A stretch of 43,086 nt of DNA from a virus. Its lineage: Duplodnaviria; Caudoviricetes. The DNA lies in the IMG/VR virus record IMGVR_UViG_3300045996_001729, positions 1-43,086 of that record; one strand, written 5' to 3'. Numbering within the stretch: position 1 is the stretch's first letter; every line of letters begins with the position of its first letter. Below the pieces are notes generated by a model. That model did not search any database. It had not been told where the DNA came from and saw only the letters and a list, made by a program, of their open reading frames with translations. This document shows positions 18,272 to 27,229 of this stretch, piece by piece. Position numbers and translations under genes: made by a program.

Positions 18272-19126
18272 ATGCGGAACCCGTTCAGGATCGACGGCCC
18301 GGCGGTGGTGAGTTTCAGCGGGGGGCGGACCTCCGGGCTGATGCTCTGCCGCATCCTCGAAGCCCACGGCGGCACCCTGCCGGCGGACGTGAAGGTGGTG
18401 TTCTGCAACACCGGGAAGGAGCGGGAGGAGACGCTGGAGTTTGTCGAGCGGTGCTCGCAACAGTGGGGCGTGCCGGTGGTGTGGCTGGAGTACCGCTACG
18501 AGCCCGGCGATCCGGAGGGGCGGCACACGTTCGCGGTCGTGGACTTCGCCACCGCCAGCCGCGCCGGTGAGCCGTTCGAGGCGATCGTCCACGCCCGCAA
18601 GTGCCTTCCCAACTTCCGCGCCCGGTTCTGCACCAGCGAACTGAAACTGCGGACCAACATGCGTTACCTCCGGTCGCTCGGCTGGACGGAGTGGGACAAC
18701 GCCATCGGCCTGCGGCACGACGAGCCGCAGCGGGTGGCGAAGATCCGCGGCCGGCAGGAGGTGAAGGCCGAGACGGTGACCCTCCCCCTGGACGCGGCGG
18801 GGGTCACGCTGGCAGACGTGACCGCGTTCTGGGCCGCGCAGCCGTTCGACCTTGCCCTCTCCCCCGAGGAGGGCAACTGCGACCTCTGCTTCCTCAAGGG
18901 GCCGAACAAGGTTCGCCGGCTGATCCGCGACCGCCCTGAATCGGCCGACTGGTGGGCACGCATGGAGACGCTGATACCGAGCCCGACTTACGGAACCCTG
19001 CGGTTCCGTAACGACCGGCCGAGTTACGCGGCCCTCAAGGACCACATGACCCGGCCGGGGCTGTTTCCGCTGGAGTCGTTGGACGAGCCCGACGAGTTGG
19101 CGATCGCCTGCCACTGCACCGACTGA
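18272..19126 (+). CDS. PAPS reductase-family (PP-loop) protein
   Basis: SFSGGRTSG, FCNTGKE..ETLEFV, FCTSELK, IGLR.DE..R, QPFDL, GNCDLCFLKG; TAGGAT -10 at 18236-18241. Confidence 0.9.
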   Translation: MRNPFRIDGPAVVSFSGGRTSGLMLCRILEAHGGTLPADVKVVFCNTGKEREETLEFVERCSQQWGVPVVWLEYRYEPGDPEGRHTFAVVDFATASRAGEPFEAIVHARKCLPNFRARFCTSELKLRTNMRYLRSLGWTEWDNAIGLRHDEPQRVAKIRGRQEVKAETVTLPLDAAGVTLADVTAFWAAQPFDLALSPEEGNCDLCFLKGPNKVRRLIRDRPESADWWARMETLIPSPTYGTLRFRNDRPSYAALKDHMTRPGLFPLESLDEPDELAIACHCTD

Positions 19127-19176
19127 CCCCACCCCCGCCCCGGCACCGCCCGGGGCGACTCACTTCCCGCCCCCGG

Positions 19177-19446
19177 TCAGCCGCCCCACCGGGTCGTCAT
19201 CGGCACGTCGTAGCGGGGCGGGGCGAAGCACTCCGCCGGCACCACCCGGGGCCGGTCCACGAAACCCGACACGATCACCCGCAGCCCGCCGCAGGTGGCC
19301 GTGGCCGGGTCGGCAACCACGTCCTTCGACACCCCCAGCCCGTCGCAGAGTGCGTCGATCGACGGGGTGACTATCACCAACTCCGGCGGGCGCGGCCCGA
19401 GTTTCTTCGCCTCGGCCACCGCCCGCATCACGTCGTCGCGCGTCAT
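19177..19446 (-). CDS. Hypothetical accessory gene
   Basis: ATG at 19446, GC3 bias, TAGGAT -10 at 19473-19468. Confidence 0.6.
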   Translation of the reverse strand: MTRDDVMRAVAEAKKLGPRPPELVIVTPSIDALCDGLGVSKDVVADPATATCGGLRVIVSGFVDRPRVVPAECFAPPRYDVPMTTRWGG

Positions 19447-19484
19447 CGCCCGCCCCCTTTGCCCCACATCCTACACCCTCCCCC

Positions 19485-19512
19485 GGCAGGTTCCCCCGGC
19501 CCCCGCGACGAT
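19485..19512 (+). promoter_or_regulatory. Putative late promoter upstream of protease/capsid
   Basis: Box + GACGAT at offset 22. Confidence 0.75.
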
Positions 19513-19520
19513 GCGGATAC

Positions 19521-20792
19521 ATGGGCCTCAGCCTCCGCCACCTTGCCGCCCCCCTGCTCCACAAGAGCGTGGACCCGTCACGGATGACCGTGACGGCCGC
19601 GCTCACCTACCCCGTCACCGACCGCGCCGGCGACTACGTCGTCCCCGCGGGCATCGACTGGGCCGTCCACAAGGCGGACCCGTGGGTGGGGCTGGAGCAC
19701 TACCGCTGGACCCGCGACCGCACCGACTGGGTGCTGCCCGGCCCCCGCGACGTGGACCTCGAGCCCGTCCGCGTCGGCACCGCCGCCCGACCCGACGGCC
19801 GGTACGCGGTCGAGCTCAAGGCGATGCGGGAAGGCCCCATCCCGTTCGGGACGACGCACTTCTCGAACTCCCGGCTGGGCACGCAGACGTTCCGGCTGGT
19901 CGAGGACGGCACCCTGGACGGCGTGTCGATCGAGTTCACCTTGCGCAAGGGCTGCTACTCGGAGCTCGGCCCGAGCCCGCTGGAGAACCGCCCGGCGTAC
20001 CGGGTGGAGTCCTGCACGGGGCTGGGCTGGGTGCATTGCGTGACCCCCGTCAACCCGGGGGCGCTCGTCCTCAAGGCCCTCCACTCCGCCGCCGCCGAGC
20101 GGGCGACCCGCGTCGTCCGGGACGGCCGGGTCGGCGTGGAGGAGGCCCACCCGCTCATCCTCAAAGCCCTGTCGCGGTTCGCGCCGGGCAAGTCCACCAC
20201 CGTCACCAGCGGCTTCGCCCGCGTGGAGAAAGCAATGGCCGACAGCCCGGAGATGGAACCGGCCTACGAGCCGGAGGACGCGGCCCCGGAGGCGGCGGAG
20301 GGCACCCCGACCGCCCAGGCGGCCTACACGCTGTCCCAGGGGCTCGAGGACCTGTGCGGGCAGGTGAAGGAACTGCTCGGCAAGGGCGAGCACGTCAAGG
20401 GCAAGGCCAAGCTCAACCGGGTGCTGGAGGACCTGGAGGACGCGAAGGCCGCCGCCCTGGAGGCCGCCAAGCTGGTCGAGGCCGACACCGGCGACAAGGC
20501 CGACGACGAGTCCGAGCCGGAGCCCGAGCCGCTGGCCGACGACGCCACCGACGCGGACGACGACGGCTACCTGAAGGCGATCCCGGTCGCCATCCGCAAG
20601 TCGATCCGCCGGTTCTCGCTGGCGGAGGTCCGCAAGGCCGCCCCGGTGGCGCCGCCCGCGGCACCCGAGCCGGAGCCGGCCCAGAAGTCCACCTACGAGC
20701 AACTGGTCGAGGCGTATGCCGCCGACCCGAGGGGGGTCGAGCGGTTGGACCGCCGCTCCCGCAAGAAGCTTCCCGCGTTCCTGACCGACTAA
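19521..20792 (+). CDS. Prohead protease fused to acidic scaffold-like region
   Basis: DRAGDYVVP.GID, LEH, LVEDG.L.GVSIEF, VTPVNPGA; acidic C-terminal half; precedes capsid. Confidence 0.8.
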   Translation: MGLSLRHLAAPLLHKSVDPSRMTVTAALTYPVTDRAGDYVVPAGIDWAVHKADPWVGLEHYRWTRDRTDWVLPGPRDVDLEPVRVGTAARPDGRYAVELKAMREGPIPFGTTHFSNSRLGTQTFRLVEDGTLDGVSIEFTLRKGCYSELGPSPLENRPAYRVESCTGLGWVHCVTPVNPGALVLKALHSAAAERATRVVRDGRVGVEEAHPLILKALSRFAPGKSTTVTSGFARVEKAMADSPEMEPAYEPEDAAPEAAEGTPTAQAAYTLSQGLEDLCGQVKELLGKGEHVKGKAKLNRVLEDLEDAKAAALEAAKLVEADTGDKADDESEPEPEPLADDATDADDDGYLKAIPVAIRKSIRRFSLAEVRKAAPVAPPAAPEPEPAQKSTYEQLVEAYAADPRGVERLDRRSRKKLPAFLTD

Positions 20793-20830
20793 CCCGCGGC
20801 GAGACGCCGTACCCCCGAAGGGAGAGTTAG

Positions 20831-22036
20831 ATGGCTGATCTGAAGCGTCTCGCCGCCGTGATCGACCAGGCGGGCGAGATCGTGACCCAGCAGGCGATGG
20901 TGGCCGCCCCGCGCGGCGACGTCCACAAGGCCCTGACCACCGTCCCGGCCCAGCCGATCGACCACGAGGTCGAGAACCGGTGGGGGTTCCGCGACCTCGG
21001 CGAGTTCGCCAAGCAGGTGCAGAAGTCCCGGGCCGAGGGCCAGGTCACCGAGACCATCCGCAAGGCGTACTCGTCCGACCGGATCATGAAGGCCGCCACC
21101 GGGATGGGCGAACTGGTGGGCAGTGACGGCGGGTTCCTGGTGCCCCCGCAGTTCAGCAACAAGCTGTTCGAGCGGGTCTACAAGGACAACGACCTGCTCT
21201 CCCGCACCGACCAGTACACGGTCGGCGGGAACAGCATGGTGTTCCCGCGGAACAACGAGTCGAGCCGGGCCACCGGCTCCCGCTGGGGCGGGGTCCGGGC
21301 GTACTGGCTGCAGGAGGGGGCCACCCTCACGCGGAGCGCCCCGACGTTCGGCCGGCTGACCCTCAACCTCAACAAGATGGCCTGCCTCGCGGCCGTCACC
21401 GAGGAGCTGCTGCAGGACAGCAGCATGGCCCTGTCCCAGTACCTCAACCGGGCGTTCCCGAACGAAATCTCGTTCCTCGTCGGGGACAGCCTGATCCGCG
21501 GGACCGGGGCCGGGCAGCCGCTCGGCGTCCTCAACGCCCCGTGCAAGGTGTCCGTCACCCGCGACACCGCCGGCCACGTCACCCTCAACGACATCGAGGC
21601 GATGTGGGCCCGGCGGTTCAAGGGGATGGCCCGGTCGGAGGGCAGCGACGGGTACGTGTGGCTCATCAACCAGGACGTCAACCCGGACCTCGGCAAGCTG
21701 TCGCTCGGGATCGGCACCGCCGGCGTGGCGGCCTACATGCCCCCCGGCGGGCTGAGCACCGGCCCGTACATGACCATCAAGGGCGCCCCGGTGGTCGAGG
21801 TCGAGTGGTGCGAGACGCTGGGCACCAGCGGCGACATCATCCTCGCCGACTGGTCGCAGTACGTCACCATCTCGAAGGGCGGGATGGAGGCGATGCAGTC
21901 CATGCACCTGTACTTCGACAGCGACCAGCAGGCGTTCCGCGTCACCTTCCGGGTGGGCGGGGAGCCGTGGTGGGCCACCAGCCTGACCCCGTACAAGGGG
22001 ACCAACACGCAGTCCCCGTTCGTGGTCCTGTCCTGA
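20831..22036 (+). CDS. Major capsid protein (HK97 fold)
   Basis: DGGFLVPPQF, W..EG, L...KMA....VTEELLQDS, GTG.GQPLGVLN, GDIILADWSQY, F.SDQ.AFR. Confidence 0.95.
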   Translation: MADLKRLAAVIDQAGEIVTQQAMVAAPRGDVHKALTTVPAQPIDHEVENRWGFRDLGEFAKQVQKSRAEGQVTETIRKAYSSDRIMKAATGMGELVGSDGGFLVPPQFSNKLFERVYKDNDLLSRTDQYTVGGNSMVFPRNNESSRATGSRWGGVRAYWLQEGATLTRSAPTFGRLTLNLNKMACLAAVTEELLQDSSMALSQYLNRAFPNEISFLVGDSLIRGTGAGQPLGVLNAPCKVSVTRDTAGHVTLNDIEAMWARRFKGMARSEGSDGYVWLINQDVNPDLGKLSLGIGTAGVAAYMPPGGLSTGPYMTIKGAPVVEVEWCETLGTSGDIILADWSQYVTISKGGMEAMQSMHLYFDSDQQAFRVTFRVGGEPWWATSLTPYKGTNTQSPFVVLS

Positions 22037-22109
22037 CCGTGACCCCCGGCCGGGGCACGTCGCCCCGGCCCGTCCTCCACCAACCGACCCCGGGGAGGGG
22101 TTACGGCCC

Positions 22110-22637
22110 ATGAGCTTCAACACGCGACTGCTCGAGAGCATCAACATCGTCACGGCGTTCCCGCCGGCCGACATGAACACCGACAAGGACGGCGACTACG
22201 TGTCGCTGAAGAACTACGACGGGTGCCTGGTCGTCATCCACAAGGCCGCCGGGACGGCCGGGGACGACATCAGCATCAAGCTCGACCAGGCGACCGCCGT
22301 GGCCGGGACCGCGACGAAGGCCCTGACCTTCAACCACCTGTACGCGAAGGTCGGGACCGCGACCACGGTGGGCACCTTCACGAAGTACACCTTCACGGCG
22401 ACCGACGACCTCGACACCGTGTCCGTCGGCGGGACCGACCTGCTGGCGGACGACGTGGAGGCCCTGTTCGTCGTGGACGTGCGGGCGAGCGACCTGGACG
22501 TGTCCAACGGGTTCGACTGCTTCCGGGTGACGATCGAGGGCGACGACCTCGGCAACGCCTGCATCGGGGCCGGCTTCTACCTGCTCTACAACGCCAGGTA
22601 TCCCGGGCCGACCCCCTTGACCGCGATCACCGACTGA
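22110..22637 (+). CDS. Putative capsid-associated/decoration protein
   Basis: Directly after capsid; Thr/Asp-rich beta character; GDYVSLKNYD. Confidence 0.6.
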   Translation: MSFNTRLLESINIVTAFPPADMNTDKDGDYVSLKNYDGCLVVIHKAAGTAGDDISIKLDQATAVAGTATKALTFNHLYAKVGTATTVGTFTKYTFTATDDLDTVSVGGTDLLADDVEALFVVDVRASDLDVSNGFDCFRVTIEGDDLGNACIGAGFYLLYNARYPGPTPLTAITD

Positions 22638-22698
22638 CCCTTGCGGGGCCGGCAGCGTGCCGGCCCCCGAGCCGCACCCAGACGCGAAGGGGATTCCC

Positions 22699-23457
22699 AT
22701 GCCGACCCGCGGTTTGACCACCCCCGGGGGGCGGGTCAGTGTGTTCGACTCGACCCTCAGTTCGACCCACCCGACCGGCCTGTGGCGGACCTGCCCGCTG
22801 TGGGAGTACCAGTACGACCCCAGCATCGGCGTCCTGCTGGACGAGCGGTGGAACTCGTACAACGCCGCCGCGACGACCGGCGACTACACGCTGACCCAGG
22901 CCACCGCCGGGTCCGCCGCCATCAGCACCACCATGCCCGGGGTGCTGTCGATCGACAGCGGCAGCACGACCGTGGTGCAGGGGGCCAACGTCCAGCGGCT
23001 CAAGTCGGCGTTCGTGCCCGCGGCGGGCAAGGACATCTGGGCCGAGTTCCGGGTCAAGTTCACCGGGGTGGACGCCCTCAACGTCGAGACGTTCGTCGGC
23101 CTCGCCGCCTCCGACACCACCATCATCGCGGCCAGCGCCCAGAGCACCAACAACCGCATCGGGTGGGGGTCCGTCACCGACGACGGGGTGCTGCTGTTCC
23201 AGAGCGACAAGGCCGGGACGGGGACCACCGCCGCCGCCACCACCATCGTGGCGGACACGTGGGTGCGGCTGGGCTTCTACTACGACGGGACCGCCGACAC
23301 CCTCCAGCAGTACGTCAACGACGTGGCGACCGGCACCGCGGTCGCCACCACCCACATCCCGAAGCTCGTGGTGTACCCGTCGTTCGTCTGCCAGTCGGGC
23401 GGGACCGACCAGCCCGTCCTCCACGTGGGCGGCTACCGCGTCTTCCAACTCCGCTGA
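22699..23457 (+). CDS. Putative head decoration protein, ConA/LamG-like beta sandwich
   Basis: ATG 22699 after AAGGGGA; AEFRVK, DTWVRLGFYYDG...QYVN pattern. Confidence 0.55.
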   Translation: MPTRGLTTPGGRVSVFDSTLSSTHPTGLWRTCPLWEYQYDPSIGVLLDERWNSYNAAATTGDYTLTQATAGSAAISTTMPGVLSIDSGSTTVVQGANVQRLKSAFVPAAGKDIWAEFRVKFTGVDALNVETFVGLAASDTTIIAASAQSTNNRIGWGSVTDDGVLLFQSDKAGTGTTAAATTIVADTWVRLGFYYDGTADTLQQYVNDVATGTAVATTHIPKLVVYPSFVCQSGGTDQPVLHVGGYRVFQLR

Positions 23458-23464
23458 GGACCGC

Positions 23465-23689
23465 ATGGACCCCGACCTGTCCGCCGCCCTCTCGCTGCTG
23501 CAGGAGGCCCAGGCCAACCTCGACGCCGCCCGGGTGCGGGTCGGGGCGGCCCACAACGCCCACATGGCCGAGATGACCGCCGAGGCCCTGGCCGCGTCCG
23601 TCTTCGCCGACGCCCAGCGGCAGTTCCTCACGGCCCTCCGGGCGGCCGGCGCCCCGGAGCCGGTCAAGCTGAGGGTGAAGGCCGGGTGA
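23465..23689 (+). CDS. Small helical hypothetical protein
   Basis: GAGGA RBS; GC3 bias. Confidence 0.6.
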   Translation: MDPDLSAALSLLQEAQANLDAARVRVGAAHNAHMAEMTAEALAASVFADAQRQFLTALRAAGAPEPVKLRVKAG

Positions 23690-23740
23690 CCACGCCCGGA
23701 CCCGCGGTATACTGCACGGCACCCGGGCTCCGGGTGCCGT

Positions 23741-23977
23741 GTGGCGTTTGCGGGGGGCGTGATGGGCGGCCGGGTCTACGAGCGGACCGTGGCGACCGAC
23801 GCGGGTCCGGTCCGGGTGTGGGTCGCCCTCGCGTCCGGGCTGGACGGCGTGCCCCCCGAGGCGGTCCGGGCGTTCGTGGAGCGGGCGTTCGCCGAGGAGG
23901 CCGCGTTCGCGGCCGAGCGGCGGACGGCCCCGACGGCGGAGGTGCGGCGGGTGTTCGTGCCGGAGGGGCAGCCATGA
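23741..23977 (+). CDS. Hypothetical accessory gene
   Basis: Downstream of TATACT at 23708-23713; coupled to next gene. Confidence 0.5.
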   Translation: MAFAGGVMGGRVYERTVATDAGPVRVWVALASGLDGVPPEAVRAFVERAFAEEAAFAAERRTAPTAEVRRVFVPEGQP

Positions 23978-24375
23978 CCGACTTTCCCCGCGCCAGCAAC
24001 GGCGTCCCGCTGCTCGACCACCTCCCCCGCAACGCCGGGGGGAACATCGACGTTGACGTGTACCTCCGGGACACCCGGACGGGCCGCGCCGTCGTCCACC
24101 GGTCCCCCTACGGCAACGTCGAGCGTGGCCCGCTCCCCGTCGGCCCCGACTGGCGGGAGGAGGACCACGACTTCTTCCAGGACTACTGGTGGGACGAGGG
24201 AAACATGGGCTGCGACTGCAACCGCTCGACGCTCGGCGGGGCGGACGGGACGCCGCTCTGCGACGAGGAGTACCCCTGCGGCGGGCACCGGGCCGGGGTC
24301 ATCGCCATCGACAAGATCACCCCGGCCGGGCTGCCGGACGTGGTGCTGTACTCGGACGCCGAGCGGGACGGCTGA
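23974..24375 (+). CDS. Hypothetical protein with WxEGNxxCDCNR motif
   Basis: ATG 23974 after GGAGGGG; WWDEGNMGCDCNRS. Confidence 0.7.
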   Translation: MTDFPRASNGVPLLDHLPRNAGGNIDVDVYLRDTRTGRAVVHRSPYGNVERGPLPVGPDWREEDHDFFQDYWWDEGNMGCDCNRSTLGGADGTPLCDEEYPCGGHRAGVIAIDKITPAGLPDVVLYSDAERDG

Positions 24376-24390
24376 TCGGACACTTAGTTC

Positions 24391-24421
24391 GCGGGATCCC
24401 CCGGGGGGATTCGCTACTTTT
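24391..24421. terminator. Putative terminator between convergent genes
   Basis: GCGGGATCCC/GGGATTCGC stem followed by TACTTTT. Confidence 0.5.
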
Positions 24422-24764
24422 GTTCTTCGCCCGTGAAGTGGACGATCGTGTCGAACCCGAGGAATTCCACCGCCGGCTGGATCTTCAACCCGACCAGTCG
24501 CAGCACCACCCCGACCATGGACGGCCCGGCGGTGACGGTGAGCCGGTCCCCGCGGGCGATACTGGTGTAGAACGTCGCCCCGGTGACGGTGCCGATCAGC
24601 CCCGCCTGGTCGAACCGCTCCTGCTCGTTGGCCCCGCCCACGTTCAAGAGGCACACCACCCCCGTGTCCCGGGTCGTCCACGACAGGGCCTCGCCGCCGC
24701 CGGCGTCCCGGGTCGCGGTCGGGTACTCGACCGTGACGGTGTGCTCCATCATCGCGTCGAACAT
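24414..24764 (-). CDS. Head closure / head-tail adaptor (SPP1 gp16-like)
   Basis: HTVTV..P...RDAGGG...SW and GDRLTV; coupled to the connector gene. Confidence 0.7.
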   Translation of the reverse strand: MFDAMMEHTVTVEYPTATRDAGGGEALSWTTRDTGVVCLLNVGGANEQERFDQAGLIGTVTGATFYTSIARGDRLTVTAGPSMVGVVLRLVGLKIQPAVEFLGFDTIVHFTGEEQK

Positions 24765-25453
24765 CACGACCCCCCGCCGATCTTGAGCGGGTCGTAGAGC
24801 CCGTACAGCGACGCCAGCACGTCCGGCGAGTGGACCGCCGCGGTCGCCGTGAACGGCCCCGCCCCGCTGTAGCTCGCCCCGTTGAGCGAGGCGGACACCA
24901 GGGGTATCCCCGACTTCCGCCGGGCCAGGATCATCGCCACGGCCTGATAGACCGCCGTCCGCACCCGGGGGGGTACGACGGTGTAGCCGTAGGTGTAGTT
25001 CACCAACACGGCCCCGGGCACGCTGACCACGTCGGACGCGAGCCGGCCGTAGGGGCGGACCAGCGAGGCGCCCCAGAACGAGGCGTTGAGGATCTCGACC
25101 GTCCCGTACTTCGACCACCCCTCCGGCCGCTGGTCGATGACCAGCCGGTAGTCCGTGTAGGCCACCTTGAGGTAGTCGCTGGTGAACAGGCTGGGGTCGC
25201 CCTTCGCGTCCCGGCGGACGTAGAGGCTGGTTATGGCCCGGACGGGGCGGAGCGGCAGGTAGAGCTTCTGGGAGCCCCACGGGGCGTCCAGGACGTGACT
25301 GGTGGCGGTCCCCGCCTCCAGCACGGTCGGGTGGACGAGGGCCTTGACCGCGTCCTCGACCTCCGCCACCACGTCGGCGACGGCGGTCTGCTGGGCGGCG
25401 GTCAGCGTGAGCTGGTTCCGCTGGGCGAACTCCTCGGCGCTGGCGAGTGCCAT
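24764..25453 (-). CDS. Head-tail connector (HK97 gp6/SPP1 gp15-like)
   Basis: LAS.EEF, LPLRPV..ITSL, V.V.YTYGY..VPP.VR.AV. Confidence 0.8.
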   Translation of the reverse strand: MALASAEEFAQRNQLTLTAAQQTAVADVVAEVEDAVKALVHPTVLEAGTATSHVLDAPWGSQKLYLPLRPVRAITSLYVRRDAKGDPSLFTSDYLKVAYTDYRLVIDQRPEGWSKYGTVEILNASFWGASLVRPYGRLASDVVSVPGAVLVNYTYGYTVVPPRVRTAVYQAVAMILARRKSGIPLVSASLNGASYSGAGPFTATAAVHSPDVLASLYGLYDPLKIGGGS

Positions 25454-25484
25454 CCGCTCCCCCGGTCGCCGACCCCGGGCGGGG

Positions 25485-25688
25485 TCACGTACCGGAAGTG
25501 TCGCGGGGCGGGGGGGAACCTGCCGACTCCCGCACCGCGTCCCCCAGCCGGCGGACCGCCCGCACGTCCGCCGCCACCCGCCACCGGCGGTAGACGCCGA
25601 CGTGCCGGAACGCGAGGGTGTCGAGCCGGTCGAGGGCCGGCCGCCGGGCGGCGGCCCGGAGCCACAGGTCGAGGAGTCGGTCGGCCAC
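25485..25688 (-). CDS. Small Arg-rich hypothetical protein
   Basis: GTG with GGAGG RBS; TATGAT -10 at 25719-25714. Confidence 0.5.
   Translation of the reverse strand: MADRLLDLWLRAAARRPALDRLDTLAFRHVGVYRRWRVAADVRAVRRLGDAVRESAGSPPPRDTSGT
25497..25524 (-). promoter_or_regulatory. Putative late promoter for the inverted connector genes
   Basis: Minus-strand box + GACACT at offset 22. Confidence 0.75.
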
Positions 25689-25730
25689 GGGCGGTCCTCC
25701 GGGGGGTCGCCGCATCATACCGCCTCCCCC

Positions 25731-25758
25731 GGCAGGTTCCCCCCCGGCGGCCGATGCT
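25731..25758 (+). promoter_or_regulatory. Putative late promoter upstream of tail terminator gene
   Basis: Box + GATGCT at offset 22; GTG follows after 6 nt. Confidence 0.75.
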
Positions 25759-25764
25759 GACGGC

Positions 25765-26220
25765 GTGGCAAGCGTCATCAGCGCGGCAATGACGAAGTTC
25801 GACGCCCTGACCGCGGCCAACTTCCCGGCCGCGGCGGTCCCGGACGTCTACCTGGACGAGGCCCCGGCCGTGGACGGGGGGAGCCAGAAGCGGCCCCCCT
25901 TCGCGGTCATCGCCGACGAGGGGGAGTCGCCGGAGAACGTGTTCGGGCAGGTGGTCGTCGAGACCACCCGGTTCAAGGTCACCCTCTACTACAACTCGCT
26001 CGCGGACGCCGACGAGGCCGCCCTCGCGGTCCGCCGCAACGGGGGCACCGCCCAGCAGGCCCAGGGGTTCGACTTCGGCACCCTGTCCGGCCTCCCGTCC
26101 GGGTTCACCCTCAAGTCGCTCGTCCGGACCGGGAGCCGGCGGTTCTTCGCGGGCTACGACCGGGACGCGAAGCGGGTCCACGCGGTCGAACTCTCTTACA
26201 CGGCCACGGTGCAGGCATGA
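25765..26220 (+). CDS. Putative tail terminator/completion protein
   Basis: VYLDEAP, PPFAVI, FKVTLY, VH.VELSY pattern; position before tail tube. Confidence 0.7.
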   Translation: MASVISAAMTKFDALTAANFPAAAVPDVYLDEAPAVDGGSQKRPPFAVIADEGESPENVFGQVVVETTRFKVTLYYNSLADADEAALAVRRNGGTAQQAQGFDFGTLSGLPSGFTLKSLVRTGSRRFFAGYDRDAKRVHAVELSYTATVQA

Positions 26221-26732
26221 CCAGCGGCAGTTGGAGCCTGACGACGGCCATCCGGGCGACGGGGGCGCTGCTCCCGTCGAACCAGCCGACCGCGGCGCGG
26301 GCCCGCCTGTCCGACCGGATCGGCCAGGCCCTCACCTACGGCACGGCGAGCGGCAAGGCCGACATCATCTGCTTCCAGACCCGGAGCATGCTCACCACGG
26401 CCACCCTCACCCTCGACCTCTACACCGGCACGGACTTCCGGGACATCCACGGCGACACCGCCGCCTTCCGCAAGGTCAAGTCGCTGGTGGTGTGGGTGGA
26501 CAGCGGCGGGGACACCGCCGGGGTCCGGGTCGGCGGGGCGGCGGCGGACACCTGGGTCGCGTTCTTCGCCAACACGTCCGACAAGCACCTGATCTTCCCG
26601 TCCGGCCCGCCCTACCTCGGCGGCTCGCCCGCCGGGGTCGCGGTCGGGAACACGACCAAGAACCTGCTGCTGGAAAACCTGTCCGCCGTCACCGCGGTCG
26701 TGGGCATCGCCATCGCCGGCACGTCCGCCTGA
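26217..26732 (+). CDS. Virion structural protein, function unknown
   Basis: Coupled ORF in tail operon; Gly/Thr-rich. Confidence 0.55.
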   Translation: MTSGSWSLTTAIRATGALLPSNQPTAARARLSDRIGQALTYGTASGKADIICFQTRSMLTTATLTLDLYTGTDFRDIHGDTAAFRKVKSLVVWVDSGGDTAGVRVGGAAADTWVAFFANTSDKHLIFPSGPPYLGGSPAGVAVGNTTKNLLLENLSAVTAVVGIAIAGTSA

Positions 26733-26736
26733 CCCC

Positions 26737-26764
26737 GGCAGGTTCCCCCCGCCGCCGGGAAAAT
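26737..26764 (+). promoter_or_regulatory. Putative late promoter upstream of tail tube
   Basis: Box + GAAAAT at offset 22. Confidence 0.75.
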
Positions 26765-26800
26765 CCCCCGTAGCAGCCACACCCCCGGGGGAGTCGCCTC

Positions 26801-27229
26801 ATGTCCCTAACGTTCGCGTCCGGCACCGACGGCAGGGTCCGGGACGGCGCCACCGCCGTCGCCGGGCTGACCGGCTGGAGCATCGACAAGCAGCTCCAGA
26901 TGATCCCTTCGCCCCACTTCGGGATCACCGCCGACGCGAACGGCGTGACCTGGAACGTGTTCACGCTCAAGGGGCTGGCGAGCGCGACCTGCGACATCGA
27001 GGGGCACTTCGACGTCGGCGACAACACCGAGACCAGCCTCTACATCGGCAAGTCGGTCACCCTCGACCTGTACCTGTCGGTGGCCGGCACGTTCGGGTAC
27101 GAGAACCTGGCCGGGACCGTCATGTCGATCCAGGCCGGGACGAACATCGAGGCCAACAAGCCGGCGACGTTCAAGTGCAAGGTCCAGCTTTCCGGCACCG
27201 TCACCCCAGCGGAGCCGATCGCCGCATGA
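26801..27229 (+). CDS. Tail tube (major tail) protein
   Basis: SG.DG.V, WSID, GL..AT..IEG.FD, F....Q.SG; 142 aa; precedes the chaperone. Confidence 0.75.
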   Translation: MSLTFASGTDGRVRDGATAVAGLTGWSIDKQLQMIPSPHFGITADANGVTWNVFTLKGLASATCDIEGHFDVGDNTETSLYIGKSVTLDLYLSVAGTFGYENLAGTVMSIQAGTNIEANKPATFKCKVQLSGTVTPAEPIAA

